From: Octopus vulgaris
Lineage: Eukaryota
DNA length: 64,000 nucleotides
Assembly (NCBI GenBank): GCA_951406725.2
Contig: OX597820.1
Span: forward strand, 17,856,001 to 17,920,000
Reading direction: 5' to 3'
Part shown: positions 1 through 12,319 of the stretch, piece after piece
Numbering within the stretch: position 1 is the first letter of the stretch
Layout: each line of letters starts with the position of its first letter
Notes under the pieces: generated by a model
What the model was told of the DNA's origin: nothing
Seen by the model: only the letters and a program-made list of their open reading frames with translations
Databases searched by the model: none
Translations under genes and position numbers: made by a program

Positions 1-111
1 TTAAAAAGGTTTGATTTATAGTTATAGCGAGACAGGGGAGACACAGACAGACAGACAAACAGATACATAGGCAGACAGACAGACTACCACCATCAGGACA
101 GACAGACAGGT

Positions 112-385
<274 letters not shown>

Positions 386-2338
386 GTTTCTTTATTAGCC
401 ACACAGAGCTGCACACAGACGGGACAGATTACAAAGTAGAGCTTTTCTTTTTGGGGGAGAGGGAAAAAAAGGTGAGGTAAGTTTTCGATCAAACGGGATC
501 GTAAAAGGGAAAGAAGAAAAAAAAGGGAAAAGAAAAAAAGAAAAAGAAAAAAAAGATCAATAGGGATCGTGTATCACAGTGTCATGACGTAAAGTGTAAA
601 GGGGGAAGCAGATAAGGTTTATCCGTGGGATGAAAAGCCTAGGGAAAAGACCACGGTAACCTCGGTCAATAATGTTATATATTACCACATTTGTTTGCAT
701 GTAGGTAACCCTCTGTTTTAAATTTTCCGGGTTCATAGGATTATGCTCAAGGTGGATTCGTCATTCATACGTGCCATCCCCGCTACATTCACCCATCTTT
801 TTTTTTAAACATTCGCTAGACAAAACTTGCCTCTCTACTCTCACTTTCCTTTTCAAGTGATACTTGAAGAAGTTGATGAGAAATTGACCAGAGAGGAAAG
901 TGTTTGTCTCCACTCCTTTCAGACGCATCCACCAGATACATTCTTTCGCCATAGCCACAAGGATGATGAAAATGGCTCTTCCTTCCCGTTTGAAGGAAGG
1001 AAGCGTGACAATATTGACGATTGAGTCGGCTGATAAACCGACTCATCCCACACGTGACAGTAGTTGTTCGACATAAGCCCACAGGTCGGAAATTGTTGGA
1101 CACTGCACGAGTGCGTGCAGAACGGTTTCGTCGCTCTGACCGCATCTCGGGCAGGTCGGCCCCATGTTTCTCGAGCCGTATCTGTACAGCTTATCCCGAA
1201 CGGGTAGCGCTTCTCAGTAGCACTGCCAGGCCAGGGATCTCTGGAAGTTGTCCATAGGCCCTGATCCCGAAAGTCGTCCTGAACAGGCGAGTCATGTATT
1301 TCTCGTCGACGTCCAGGTTCGCCCCGAGCTCGTCGTTGTACCTCCCCTCCACTAATCCCCTATAGAATGCTTTGGTTGTGTTAAAGTCACTCAAGGTCGA
1401 CCCGGGACGGCATAGTTGCTTGAGAACAACGCGACACACGCGGTGCCATTCACCCTTCCTCGGCCTCTTTTTGATCCACGACTGCAGTTCAGTCATGGAG
1501 ACGAGTTACGGGAAAGCGTGCCTCACAAACGGTGACCACACCTGTTCACCGTCGTCTACGTAGAGCCTGAGATTCGCAGTCTCAGCGCGTGTCTGCGCAT
1601 CATCAACCACGGCATGCCCAGTCCTCCATTTAACGGATGTTGACAGTAAATGGATCGCCTGACCATCGGGACGCATCCTTTCCACAAGAAGCGAAAGAGA
1701 ATGCGTTCTAGTTTAGTGATGGTAGGGTCAGGACAAGGCACGACGGTCAGGCGGTAGTAGATGACGGACGCGATGTACGAGTTCGCCACCTCCGCCCGAC
1801 CTTTTAGGGACAGTTTCCTCTCGACCCATTGCCGGGAGAGAGTGACCACCCTACTCGTTATCTTGTTCCAGTTTTTCTCCATTTGGAGGTCCGGACCAAA
1901 CCAGACCCCGAGCAACTCGACCAGACCGTCCGTCCATCGTCCCACGACGGAGGCGCTGGTGGACGGCATGGGCTTGCTTCTCCAGGTGCCGAGTCGCAAG
2001 CCCACTGACTTTTCCCGGTTGATTTTCGCTCCTGTCACCGCTTCGTAGTCTTTCAGTGTCTCCCCGACCAACTCGATGTGCTCGTGGCTAGACACTATGA
2101 CGGTGACGTCGTCCGCGTATGCAGACACGCTCGTCCCGCATCCCAATTCTCGCGGGATGCCCCTCAGAGTTGCCAGCTTCCGCAATAATGGCTCGAGAGT
2201 CAATACGTAGAGAAGCGGCATGAGGGGGCATCCCTGACAGACCGAACGTGCAATGTCGAAAGGTCTCGATAGATGTCCATTTACGCGAATTACCGAACGG
2301 ATACCTCTTTACAAAGCGGCTATCCAGCCGCTCTGAGG
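386..2338 (-). mobile_element. 5'-truncated, frameshifted Tx1-clade (L1 group) non-LTR retrotransposon
   Basis: Minus strand gives RSVCQGCPL, then PLLYVLTLEPLL..AYADDVTV..GAKINREKS (RT), a CPRC..ETVLHALVQC zinc knuckle near 1100-1160, and a 3' UTR ending AATAAAGAAACATA. Confidence 0.9.
1556..2221 (-). pseudogene. Reverse transcriptase fragment of the Tx1 element
   Basis: 221-aa ORF with the YADD motif and typical L1/Tx1 thumb-region motifs (ERKLSLKGRA..N, FLWKG, GGLG). Confidence 0.9.
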
Positions 2339-2339
2339 A

Positions 2340-2340
2340 C

Positions 2341-2434
<94 letters not shown>
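2340..2434. repeat. (GATA)n microsatellite at the 5' junction of the Tx1 LINE
   Basis: Direct reading. Confidence 0.98.
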
Positions 2435-2435
<1 letters not shown>

Positions 2436-2834
2436 AGGGTAGTTGGAGAAATGGAAGAGGGATGTAAGTCAGGAAAACAACAGCTAGAGAGAGGGGCTGG
2501 CAGGCGGAGAGAGAGGTGTGCTTTGATTCTGCCTCTTTTAATGAACCTGTTGTTATTTGACGTAAATATATACAAGCCAGTTGTTAAGTAGGTTAATCTT
2601 CCGATCAAAACGATTCTGTACTCAAGACGAAACTGTTTACCTCATTGGCTCCGCTGTGAAGTTCTGCTGGCTGTGACGGAGCTGTTTTAGCCATAGGCAT
2701 CTTCGCTGATCCTGGTGCGGGTTCTAGTACTAGCCCTCCTGGTGGTGGTGGTGGTGGTGGTGATGGTGGCTGTGGTGGTGCAGGTGCAAGTATTGCTGCT
2801 GTACTTCTTGGTATGTTACAGTTCTTTTTTTATT

Positions 2835-3101
2835 TCTGTTCTTTTATTCTTTTACTTGTTTCAATCGTTAGACTGCGGCCGAGCTGGGGCACCTCTTTGA
2901 AGAAATTTAGTCGAACGAATCGCCCCAAGTACTTATATGTTTTTTGTTTGTTTGTTTTTTTCTTTTTGTTTTGTTTTTGTTTGTTTTAATCCTGGTATTT
3001 TTCTTTCGACATCTTTTGCCGAACCGTTAAGTTACGGCGACGTAAGCACACTAACACCGGTTGTCAAGCGTTGGTAGGAGACACACACAGACATAAAGAG
3101 A

Positions 3102-3158
<57 letters not shown>

Positions 3159-3352
3159 ATGTATATATATATGTATATATATATATATATATACACGACA
3201 GGCTTCTTTCAGTTTCCGCCTACGAAATCCATTCACATGGCTTTGTTCGGCCTGAGGCAATAATAGAAGATGCCGTTGCCCAAGGTGCCACGCAGTGGAA
3301 CTCAACCCCGAACCTTGAGGTTGAGAAGCAAACTTCTTACCACACAGCCAAG
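2835..3352 (-). mobile_element. SINE family B (tRNA-like head, CORE-like accttgggcaa segment, internal TA/TG microsatellite)
   Basis: Reverse-complement match to the + copies at 32012 and 42207. Confidence 0.85.
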
Positions 3353-3385
3353 CTTGTTACATACAAATAATTATTAAATTCTGTA

Positions 3386-3446
<61 letters not shown>

Positions 3447-3511
3447 TTACAGAAGTTTTACTCGTCACTGCTTCTCCATTTAACTTAGAATTATAAAATT
3501 ATTGTTATTAT

Positions 3512-3897
3512 GGGAAAGACTTTCTCCCGCCCCACCACCACCATTTTCTCGCAAATTATTGGTTTTTTGTGTTGTTGCTTTATTTTGCTAAAAACCCACG
3601 TTTTCGGATACGGAGATTCCAGAAAATTGGCAAAAAATCGGAATTTTGAAATGTCTGCCCCTCCTCCCCCACAATTTCTTCAGTTTTCACTTTTTTCCGT
3701 AACTAGAAAATTTTTTGGAAAAAAGTTTAAAATGAAGAATTGGTGGGGAAGGGGTAATTTCAAAATGCCGTTTTTTACCAATTTTTTTGCAGATTCGTAT
3801 TCTCCGTAGCCGAAAACGAGGGTTTGTGTAGAAAACAAAATTAAACAAAAAAAGGGGGTATTTTGGGGGGCGGGGACTAAAGGAAGTCTTGCCACGA
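3512..3897. mobile_element. Imperfect fold-back element flanked by a ~55-bp direct repeat
   Basis: Ends gggaaagactttc / ggaagtcttgcc; internal inverted arms aaacccacgttttcggatacggaga / tctccgtagccgaaaacgagggttt; related to 15758-16295. Confidence 0.7.
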
Positions 3898-3983
3898 ATT
3901 TTCACTCATCACTGCTTCTCCATAGAATTATAAAATTATTATTATGACTTCGCAACACACCCAAGAATCAAAACAATGTATAA

Positions 3984-4254
3984 CAGGTATAACACCGGTT
4001 TTCCGGACACTGATGGTGTATACGAGCAGAAATTTCAAATTCCCGCGGCCGCCAGATTAATATGCTGGTACCTTGCATAGTATACTACACAGGACAGTGT
4101 TAATAAACTTTTATAACTCATACTAATATACGGGTGCTTGTATTACATTTGTTCAATTTAGAGTAAGTTAACCAAGTTGACCTCCCCTGAGTCGGAAAAA
4201 TCAGTAATCCAGAAAGCTCTGGAATCAAAGGTTCCGGAAAAATGGATGTACCTG
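3984..4254. mobile_element. Degenerate pogo/Tigger-like MITE
   Basis: Imperfect TIRs caggtat..ttttccgga / tccggaaaa..gtacctg followed by TA. Confidence 0.5.
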
Positions 4255-4467
4255 TATCCATGTTTAACACACGTTCTGACAAACTTGCATCTGATCAATG
4301 ATGGTCCGATAGAAGTGCACATGTCGTCAAACACATATCGTATAAAGCATTGGTTCTCAATGGTGGGTGGTGGGGTCCATATAAAATTTTGTTGTTGAAA
4401 TTTATGTGCAATAAACTGTACAATGCAGAAAATATTTTAACAATTTTTAAATTCCTACTAATACCTA

Positions 4468-5396
4468 CCGTAAATCCTCGAGTATAGTCTGCCCTTGAGC
4501 ATAATACGAAGAGGATTTTTAGGGGTTTGTATCGCTGAAAAACCTAAACCTTGTGAATAATACACACCCCTTCTCTAACGTGAGTCAAGGAGGTTATTAT
4601 AACATCATCTCTCTATATATAAACGGCAGTTTGTCTGTGCGTGTTTCTGTGTGTCTGTTTTCTCGTACCCTCACCCTGACCACGGCTTTCAACCGATTCT
4701 GATGAAACTTGACACACACATAGCCCAATGTCATAATTCAAAACTAACGCAGCGAAAATTTTGAAAAGTTAACCCCAGTTCTGAAAAAAATCGATAAATT
4801 CGACATGGGGTCGAGAATCAAAAAAAACAAATCACAGACTGTCTAGGGGACGCAACTCAACCTTTTTTTACTCTCAAAAAAAAATTTACCATAATTTTTT
4901 TTCCATTTTTTTGCTATTTTTTGGCTATAACTCTCTAAAAATGCTTTATAGTTATTTCCCTTACAAACCTGAGCAACGCCGGGCGATACTGCTAGTTGGT
5001 TTATAAAAATGTATACGGTAACGTCCTTTATTATTATTGTATATATTACATAATGCAAACGTGTAGCTTTTTTGTGCATTTTGTTTGCAGAAAATAAGGA
5101 AATAACAGTAATAACGTTTAATAAATGTTGCTTACTGCAAGTTATGGATGATTCTTTTATGACTTCATTGCTTTCTGGCTTAGCTTAAGGTATTTTCGCG
5201 CCCGACATCACAAAATGCGTCAGAATAAACATTGCCGGACAGCAAATAGAGTCTCGAACATTGCTTAGAAATAATTTTCATTTTTAATCTCGTACATAGT
5301 ACGCACTATACTATATACGTACTATATACTATATATTTTCTGCAAACAAAATTATAATTTTGGGAAAAAATGCGGATTATACTCGAGGATTTACGG
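4468..5396. mobile_element. Tc2/pogo-like MITE with a nested Helitron
   Basis: Perfect TIR ccgtaaatcctcgagtata / tatactcgaggatttacgg with TA duplication on both sides. Confidence 0.88.
4608..4995 (+). mobile_element. Non-autonomous Helitron, copy 1
   Basis: A|TC 5' end, subterminal GC hairpin cctgagcaacgccggg, CTAG|T 3' end, no TSD; shares segments with the copies at 31445 and 40102. Confidence 0.85.
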
Positions 5397-5870
5397 TAAT
5401 TATAAAAAATAAAATGTTTTTTTTTTTTTTAATTCAATAATTTTAATAAAAAAAACATTGAATAGCTATGAATGTCAAGTGGAGTAAAACAGGAATCAAA
5501 GGGACGGGAAATGAATCCAAAATCAGCAAGCATTAATGCTAATGGCTGTGCCCCAGCATGGGCAAAGCTTGTAGCGGAAACCTATAATAGAATATTGGTT
5601 TCAAATTTTGCCACAAGACCAGCAATTTCGGAGTAGGGTTAAGTCGATTACATCGACCCTAGGGCTCAGCTGCTATTTATTTTATCGAACCCGGAAGGAT
5701 GAAAGGTAAAGTCTATCTCGGAAATTTGAAGTCAGTACTTGATTTTTTTTTTTTCTGAGCCTAGTACTTATTCTATCGGTCTTTTTTGCCGAGTCGTTTT
5801 GTAAGGGGACGTAAACACACCAACACCAGTTTTCAGGTAGTTATTGTGGAGGACGAGCACAGACACAAAT

Positions 5871-6070
5871 ACACACACACACACACATACATACATACAT
5901 ACATACATACATACATACATACATACATACATACATACATACATACATACATACATACATACATACATACATGCATGCATACATACATACATACATATAT
6001 ACATACATACATACATACATACATACATACATACATACATACATACATACATACATACATACATACATAC
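5871..6070. repeat. (CATA)n microsatellite
   Basis: Direct reading. Confidence 0.97.
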
Positions 6071-6272
6071 GGTGAAATGTACCAGTGAAGACCTCAATGA
6101 AATGTAAGCACAATAGACCTGATATAATAATTTGGGACAAAGAAGAGAAACTGTGCACAGTTGTGGAAATTAGCTGCCCAACGGATGTTAACATAAAGCT
6201 GAAGATCAATGAAAAAGAGAAAACCTATGCTGAACTATTGAGAAATCTGCAGTTACTCCATCCAGATTACAT
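6071..6272 (+). mobile_element. Restriction-like endonuclease fragment of an R4/NeSL-type non-LTR retrotransposon
   Basis: KHNRPDIIIWDKEEKLCTVVEISCP..EKEKTY matches the RPD..E..K..KY RLE pattern. Confidence 0.8.
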
Positions 6273-6377
6273 CAGCAGTTATCAGTAGCAGCGGCGGTGG
6301 CATCATCATCATCATCATCATTTTATTCGTTTTAGCCATGCAGCTGCGCTCATGCTGGAGCACCACAGTTATCATTA

Positions 6378-6800
6378 ATACCTATTTCTTTACTACCCAC
6401 AAGGGGCTAAACTCAGAAGGGACAAACAAGGTCAGACAAACGGATTAAGTAGATTGCATCGACCCCAGTGCATAACAGGGTACTTATTTCATTGACCCCT
6501 AAAGGATGAAAGGCAAAGTCGACCTCGGCGGAATTTGAACTCAGAACGTAGCGGCAGACGAAATACCTATTTCTTTACTATCCACAAGGGGCTAAACAAA
6601 GAGGGGACAAACAAGGTCAGACAAACGGATTAAGTAGATTGCTTCGACCCCAGTGCGTAACTGGTACTTAAGTTATCGATCCCGAAAGGATGAAAGGCAA
6701 AGTCGACCTCGGCGGAATTTGAACTCAGAACGTAACGACAGACTAAATACGGCTACGCATTTCGACCGGCGTGCCAACGTTTCTGCCAGCTCGCCGCCTT
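6378..6800 (-). mobile_element. SINE family A dimer (tRNA head ggcggcgagctggcaga; conserved core gcctttcatcctttcggggtcgat)
   Basis: A/B-box-like head (tggcagaaacg..gagttcaaattcc) and many near-identical copies in the window; the core resembles the MetaSINE-type domain from memory. Confidence 0.88.
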
Positions 6801-6910
6801 CAATTGCCCCCTTAGTAGACGTTTTTTGTGTGTGTGTGTGTATTCTAAATATAGGGTATGATGAAATCAATAACGACCAAGAGGGCGACGGCGACAGTTA
6901 TCATTAATAC

Positions 6911-6942
<32 letters not shown>

Positions 6943-7669
6943 CCATTTGCATCATCATCACCACCACTACCATTGTCATCATCATCCCTATTATCATCTT
7001 AATCACCGTTATCGCCAGCACTCCCTTACCACTAACACCACCTCCTCCTTCACCTTCCTTCCCTCCTCCTCCTCTGCATCATCATCATCATCATCGTCGT
7101 CGTCATCATCATCATCATTCTTTTATTCGTTTTATCCATGCAGCTGCGGTCATGCTGGAGCACCACAGTTATCAGTAATACCATCATCATCATCATCATC
7201 ATCGTTTGCATCACTTTCACCACCAACACCGCCCCCGCAACCACCCATCCTTCACCTTCCCACCCTCCTCTTCTGCATCATCATCATCATCATCATCACC
7301 ATCCTTATCCCCTCCCCTCATCAGATTTATTGTTAAACTCGGTTGATTTATTCAGCTTGCCGCTCCAGTGGTCGACATAAATACATAAACACAATTGCTT
7401 GACCCGAGAGGAATAACAAAGAAGACGAACGTGTGCAGCGGGGTGGAGTGAGGATTAAGAAAAGAACTTGACAATGGGCTTGGGACGGGTTGTAAACCCG
7501 AAAGGGCTAAAAAGAGAAAAGGAGGGAGAGAGAATGGTGGGTAGAGTAAAATGTCCTTTAAAAAAGGTGATTTCAATGGAGGGGAAGTAGTCGTTTTTTT
7601 GTATTCTAAATATAGGGTATGATGAAATCAATGACGGCAAAGAGGGCGACGGCGAGAGTGATGATGATA

Positions 7670-7700
<31 letters not shown>

Positions 7701-7777
7701 CATTGGCAGGGGTAATTGTGATGGTGATGGTGATGGCGATGGTCATGGCGGTCGTGGTGGCGGTAGTGGTGCTCATT

Positions 7778-8012
7778 AAGGTGGCGAGCTGGCAGAAGCG
7801 TTAGCGCGCCGGGCGAAATGCTTAGCGCTATTTAGCCTGCCGCTACGTTCTGAGTTCAAATTCTGCCGAGGTCAACTTTGCCTTTCATCCTTTCGGGGTC
7901 GATAAATTAAATACCAGTTACGAACTGGGGTCGATTTAATCGACTTAATCCGTTTGTCTGTCCTTGTTTGTCCCCTCTGTGTTTAGCCCCTTGTGGGTAA
8001 TAAAGAAATAGG
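7778..8012 (+). mobile_element. SINE family A monomer (Tx1-like tail)
   Basis: Full head-core-tail ending gggtaataaagaaata|ggta. Confidence 0.9.
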
Positions 8013-8321
8013 TAGAGGTGCTCATGGTACTTTTGATGGTTCTGCTGCTACTGATATGACCACTGAAGTTGGTGGTGGTGGTGGTGGTGGCTGTGGTAGT
8101 AGTGTCGGTGGTGATGATAATCCGAAATAGGGTTCGTCTATTTTCTGAATAAGAAATCCCTGATAGAATTAATGGGTGCAGGGGAGGGGCGGGACGCTTA
8201 GTGTACATATTGGTTTGGTTTCAAATTTTAGCGCAAGGCCAGCAATTTCGTAAGTCGATTACATCGATCCCAGTTTTCAATTGGTCGTCGTCATCATCGC
8301 TTCTTTTTTCATTTCGTGAGT

Positions 8322-8814
8322 ATAGGCGTAGGAGTGGCTGTGTGGTAAGTAGCTTGCTTACCAATCACATGGTTCTGGGTTCAGCCCCACTGCGTGGCAC
8401 CTTGGGCAGGTGTCTTCTACTATAGCCTCGGGCCGACCAAAGTAGACGGAAACTGAAAGAGGCCTGTCGTATATATGTATATATATAACGATAAACGTCG
8501 CCCTTTTTAAGCCTAACCAGGCTCATGGGCCCGGTTTTCCGGTTTCTGGGGCGTATGTGTTCCCCCCAGCTGGGGGGACGCCAGTCCATCGCAGCGTTAC
8601 TCAAGAAACAGTGAGAGAAAATTGTGGCGAAAGAGTACAACAGGGGTCGTCACCACTCCCCGCCGGAGACTCGTGGGGCTTTTAAGTATTTTCGCTCAAT
8701 AAATATACACAACGCCCGGTCTGAGAATCGAAACCGCGATCCTCCGACCGCGAGTCCGCTGCCCTAACCACTGGGCCATTGCGCCTCCACACACACACAC
8801 ATACATACACACAC

Positions 8815-8877
<63 letters not shown>

Positions 8878-9090
8878 CGTGCGTGTGTCTGTGTTTGTCC
8901 CCCCAGCATCGCTTAACAACCGATGCTGGTGTGTTTACGTTCCCGTAACTTAGCGGTTCGGCAAAAGAGACCGATAGAACAAGTACTAAGCTTACAGAGA
9001 ATATATTCCTGGTGTCGATTTGTTCGACTACAAGGCGGTGCTCCATCATGACCACAGTCAAATGACTGAAACAAGTAAAAGAGTAAAGAG
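8322..9090 (+). mobile_element. SINE family B interrupted by a family C SINE in its internal microsatellite
   Basis: Head 8322-8485; tail resumes ~8790 and ends gactgaaacaagtaaaagagtaaagag. Confidence 0.85.
8495..8788 (-). mobile_element. SINE family C (tRNA-derived, possibly the Octopus OR type), tail type 1
   Basis: Minus head ggaggcgcaatggcccagtggttagggcagcggactcgcgg..ggtttcgattc; matches the copy at 30588. Confidence 0.85.
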
Positions 9091-9654
9091 ATTTGCTAAG
9101 TTGAGCCGATATTCAACCATTGTATGCATACTTGGAAACAATTAAATAGGCTCAACTCAGTATCTATGTTAAAATAAGAGGAACGTGTATCGAATTTGTG
9201 TATGTATAAATGTATTGATATTGCCTTCTGTATGTATGTATCATTTACCTGTTTCAATCTTTGGACTGCAGCCATGCTGAGCCACTGCCTTGAAGGGTTT
9301 TAGTCGAACGAATTGAGCCCTGTATTTATTATTTTCTTTTCTTTCAAGCCTAGTACTTATTCTGTTGGCCCCTTTTGCTGAGTTTATAGGGACGTAAACA
9401 AAACTACAGCGGTCGTCTAACAGTGATGGTGGGGGACCAACAGAAGCATAATGACGTACACACACACACATACGCACACACATGCACACATACACACACA
9501 GACGTGTGCGTGTGCGTGTGTGTGTGTGTGTGTACCAGCCAATCAAGAGAGGGCGAAGGTCAGGCGTAAAACAACACTCCTTGGTAATGGAAAAAAGTAT
9601 TTCATCCAACACATCAATTGAACTGTTGTTTTAGTCAGATGGCGACGACGACGA

Positions 9655-9655
9655 C

Positions 9656-9728
<73 letters not shown>

Positions 9729-9741
9729 CGGCTGCAGCAGC

Positions 9742-9797
<56 letters not shown>

Positions 9798-9833
9798 CAG
9801 CAGTAGTAGTAGTAGTAGTAGTAGTAGTAGCTA

Positions 9834-9874
<41 letters not shown>

Positions 9875-9935
9875 ATAATAGTTGTTGTTGTAGTAGTAGT
9901 AGTAGTAGTAGTAGCAGTAGTAGTAGTAGTAATAA

Positions 9936-9969
<34 letters not shown>

Positions 9970-10012
9970 GGTGGTGGTGGTGGTGGTGGTGGTGGTGGTG
10001 GTGGTGGTGGTG
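9655..10012. repeat. Compound (TAG)n/(TGG)n microsatellite
   Basis: Direct reading. Confidence 0.97.
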
Positions 10013-10373
10013 GATTGCCCTATGCATATATGTATGTATATATATATATGAAAATGAATATTCGCGGTGCCCCAGCATGGCCGCAGGCCTTAGGGCTGAA
10101 ACATGTCAAAGAATAAAAGAATGTGTGTATTTATGTATCAACATGTATAAATATAAGCGATATACACGTGGAAATACATATTTGTATAAACCTGTATACA
10201 GGGTGGCCCAAAAGTAGGTTACAGCTATCACGTAGGCACTTTAGATTTCTTTTAAATCATTGTATTACATTTAATAACTAAATCAATATAGAATAATGGT
10301 TTCCTATTTTTTTATAATTAAGATCTAAACTGTTAATATAGGAATGCGAAAGAGATAAATGAATAGCTGTAAA

Positions 10374-10451
<78 letters not shown>

Positions 10452-10546
10452 TATATACATATATATATACATATATACATATATATATACATATATATTC
10501 ATATATATAATACATATATATACATATATATTCATATATATAATAC

Positions 10547-10638
<92 letters not shown>

Positions 10639-10969
10639 TCTTTTACTTGTTTCAGTCATTTGACTGCGGCCATGCTGGAGCACCGCCTTTAGTCGAGCAA
10701 ATCGACCCCAGGTCTTATTCTTTGCAGGCCTAAAACTTATTCTATCGGTCACTTTTGCCGAACCGCTAAGTGACGGGGACGTAAACACACCAGCATCGGT
10801 TGTCAAGTGAATATCAAACTCTGTGCAAAAGTGCCAACACCTGATATTCTTGCATTGTATGCAGATAGTGCGCCCCGGCTTAGTGAAGAGATCCGCTCTT
10901 GGCTATTTAGATATGTAGTTTATATTAAAATAGGTTTCTGTAATATTTCCGAAACGCAGATTACAGGAT

Positions 10970-11900
10970 AGGTACTTAATATATCAACCCCGAAAGGATA
11001 AAAAGCAAAGTCGACCTCGGCAGAATTTGAACTCAGAACGTAAAGACGGACGAAATACCTATTTCGGGCTAAACACAGAGGGGACAAACAAGGACAGACA
11101 TAGGTATTAAGTCGATTACATCGACCCCAGTACGTAACTGGTACTTAATTTATCGACCCCGAAAGGATGAAAGGCAAAGTCGACCTCGGCGGAATTTGAA
11201 CTCACAACGTAACGCAGACGAAATACTGCTAAGCGTTTTGTCCGACGTACTAACGATTCTGTCAGTTCACCGCCTTTAGCGAAGATTATAATATTGCTTT
11301 CAAAAGTTTGGCACAAGGCCAGCAATTTCGGGAGTGGGGGCGGAATCGATTACATCGACCCCAGTGCTCAGCAGGTGCTTATTTTATCGACCCCGAAAGG
11401 GAAAAAGGCAAAGTCGACCTCGGCGGAATTTGAACTCAGAACGTAAAGACGGACGAAATACCTATTTCTTTATTACCCACAAGGGGCTAAACACAGAGGG
11501 GACAAACAAGGACAGACATAGGTATTAAGTCGATTACATCGACCCCAGTACGTAACTGGTACTTAATTTATCGACCCCGAAAGGATGAAAGGCAAAGTCG
11601 ACCTCGGCGGAATTTGAACTCACAACGTAACGCAGACGAAATACTGCTAAGCGTTTTGTCCGACGTACTAACGATTCTGTCAGTTCACCGCCTTTAGCGA
11701 AGATTATAATATTGCTTTCAAAAGTTTGGCACAAGGCCAGCAATTTCGGGAGTGGGGGCGGAATCGATTACATCGACCCCAGTGCTCAGCAGGTGCTTAT
11801 TTTATCGACCCCGAAAGGGAAAAAGGCAAAGTCGACCTCGGCGGAATTTGAACTCAGGTTGCAAAGACGAACGAAATGCCGATAAGCATTTTGCCAAGCA
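10970..11900 (-). mobile_element. SINE family A array containing a 418-bp tandem duplication
   Basis: Identical ORFs at 11116-11325 and 11534-11743 (offset 418). Confidence 0.88.
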
Positions 11901-12319
11901 CGCCGACTTAACAAAGGTTAAAACATTATTCATTGATTTATCAACGATGTAGGTGAAATGAAATGCCATCAGTGGGACTAAGAATCCAGCAACAAAACTG
12001 GCTGGGCAGGAAAATGACAGCGAAAAAATATTACTTTCAGTGCAAACTGAGATATTGATGCTCTTTCTTAGAGGATTAGCATCCAAAATGAATAGAAACT
12101 GCCTCTGGCATAAATCGAAACCGGAACGCGATCTCTAATCAGTTTGAGCCGACTACTTCTTCCCGTTGCTTGTTGCAGCACAGGAAAACAAAAACAGAAA
12201 ACCCTTACGTCATTTCAAGCTTAACATTTATCCAGATGCCCGGTAGATGTATGCGTGCGACTGTTTGTGTATACGTACGTGTATATACATCTGTGTGTGC
12301 TTCTGTGCATGTGAGTAAT

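Noticed and set aside
11940-12200. Unique stretch with open frames on both strands
   Set aside because: No recognisable protein motif and no convincing pair of splice sites.
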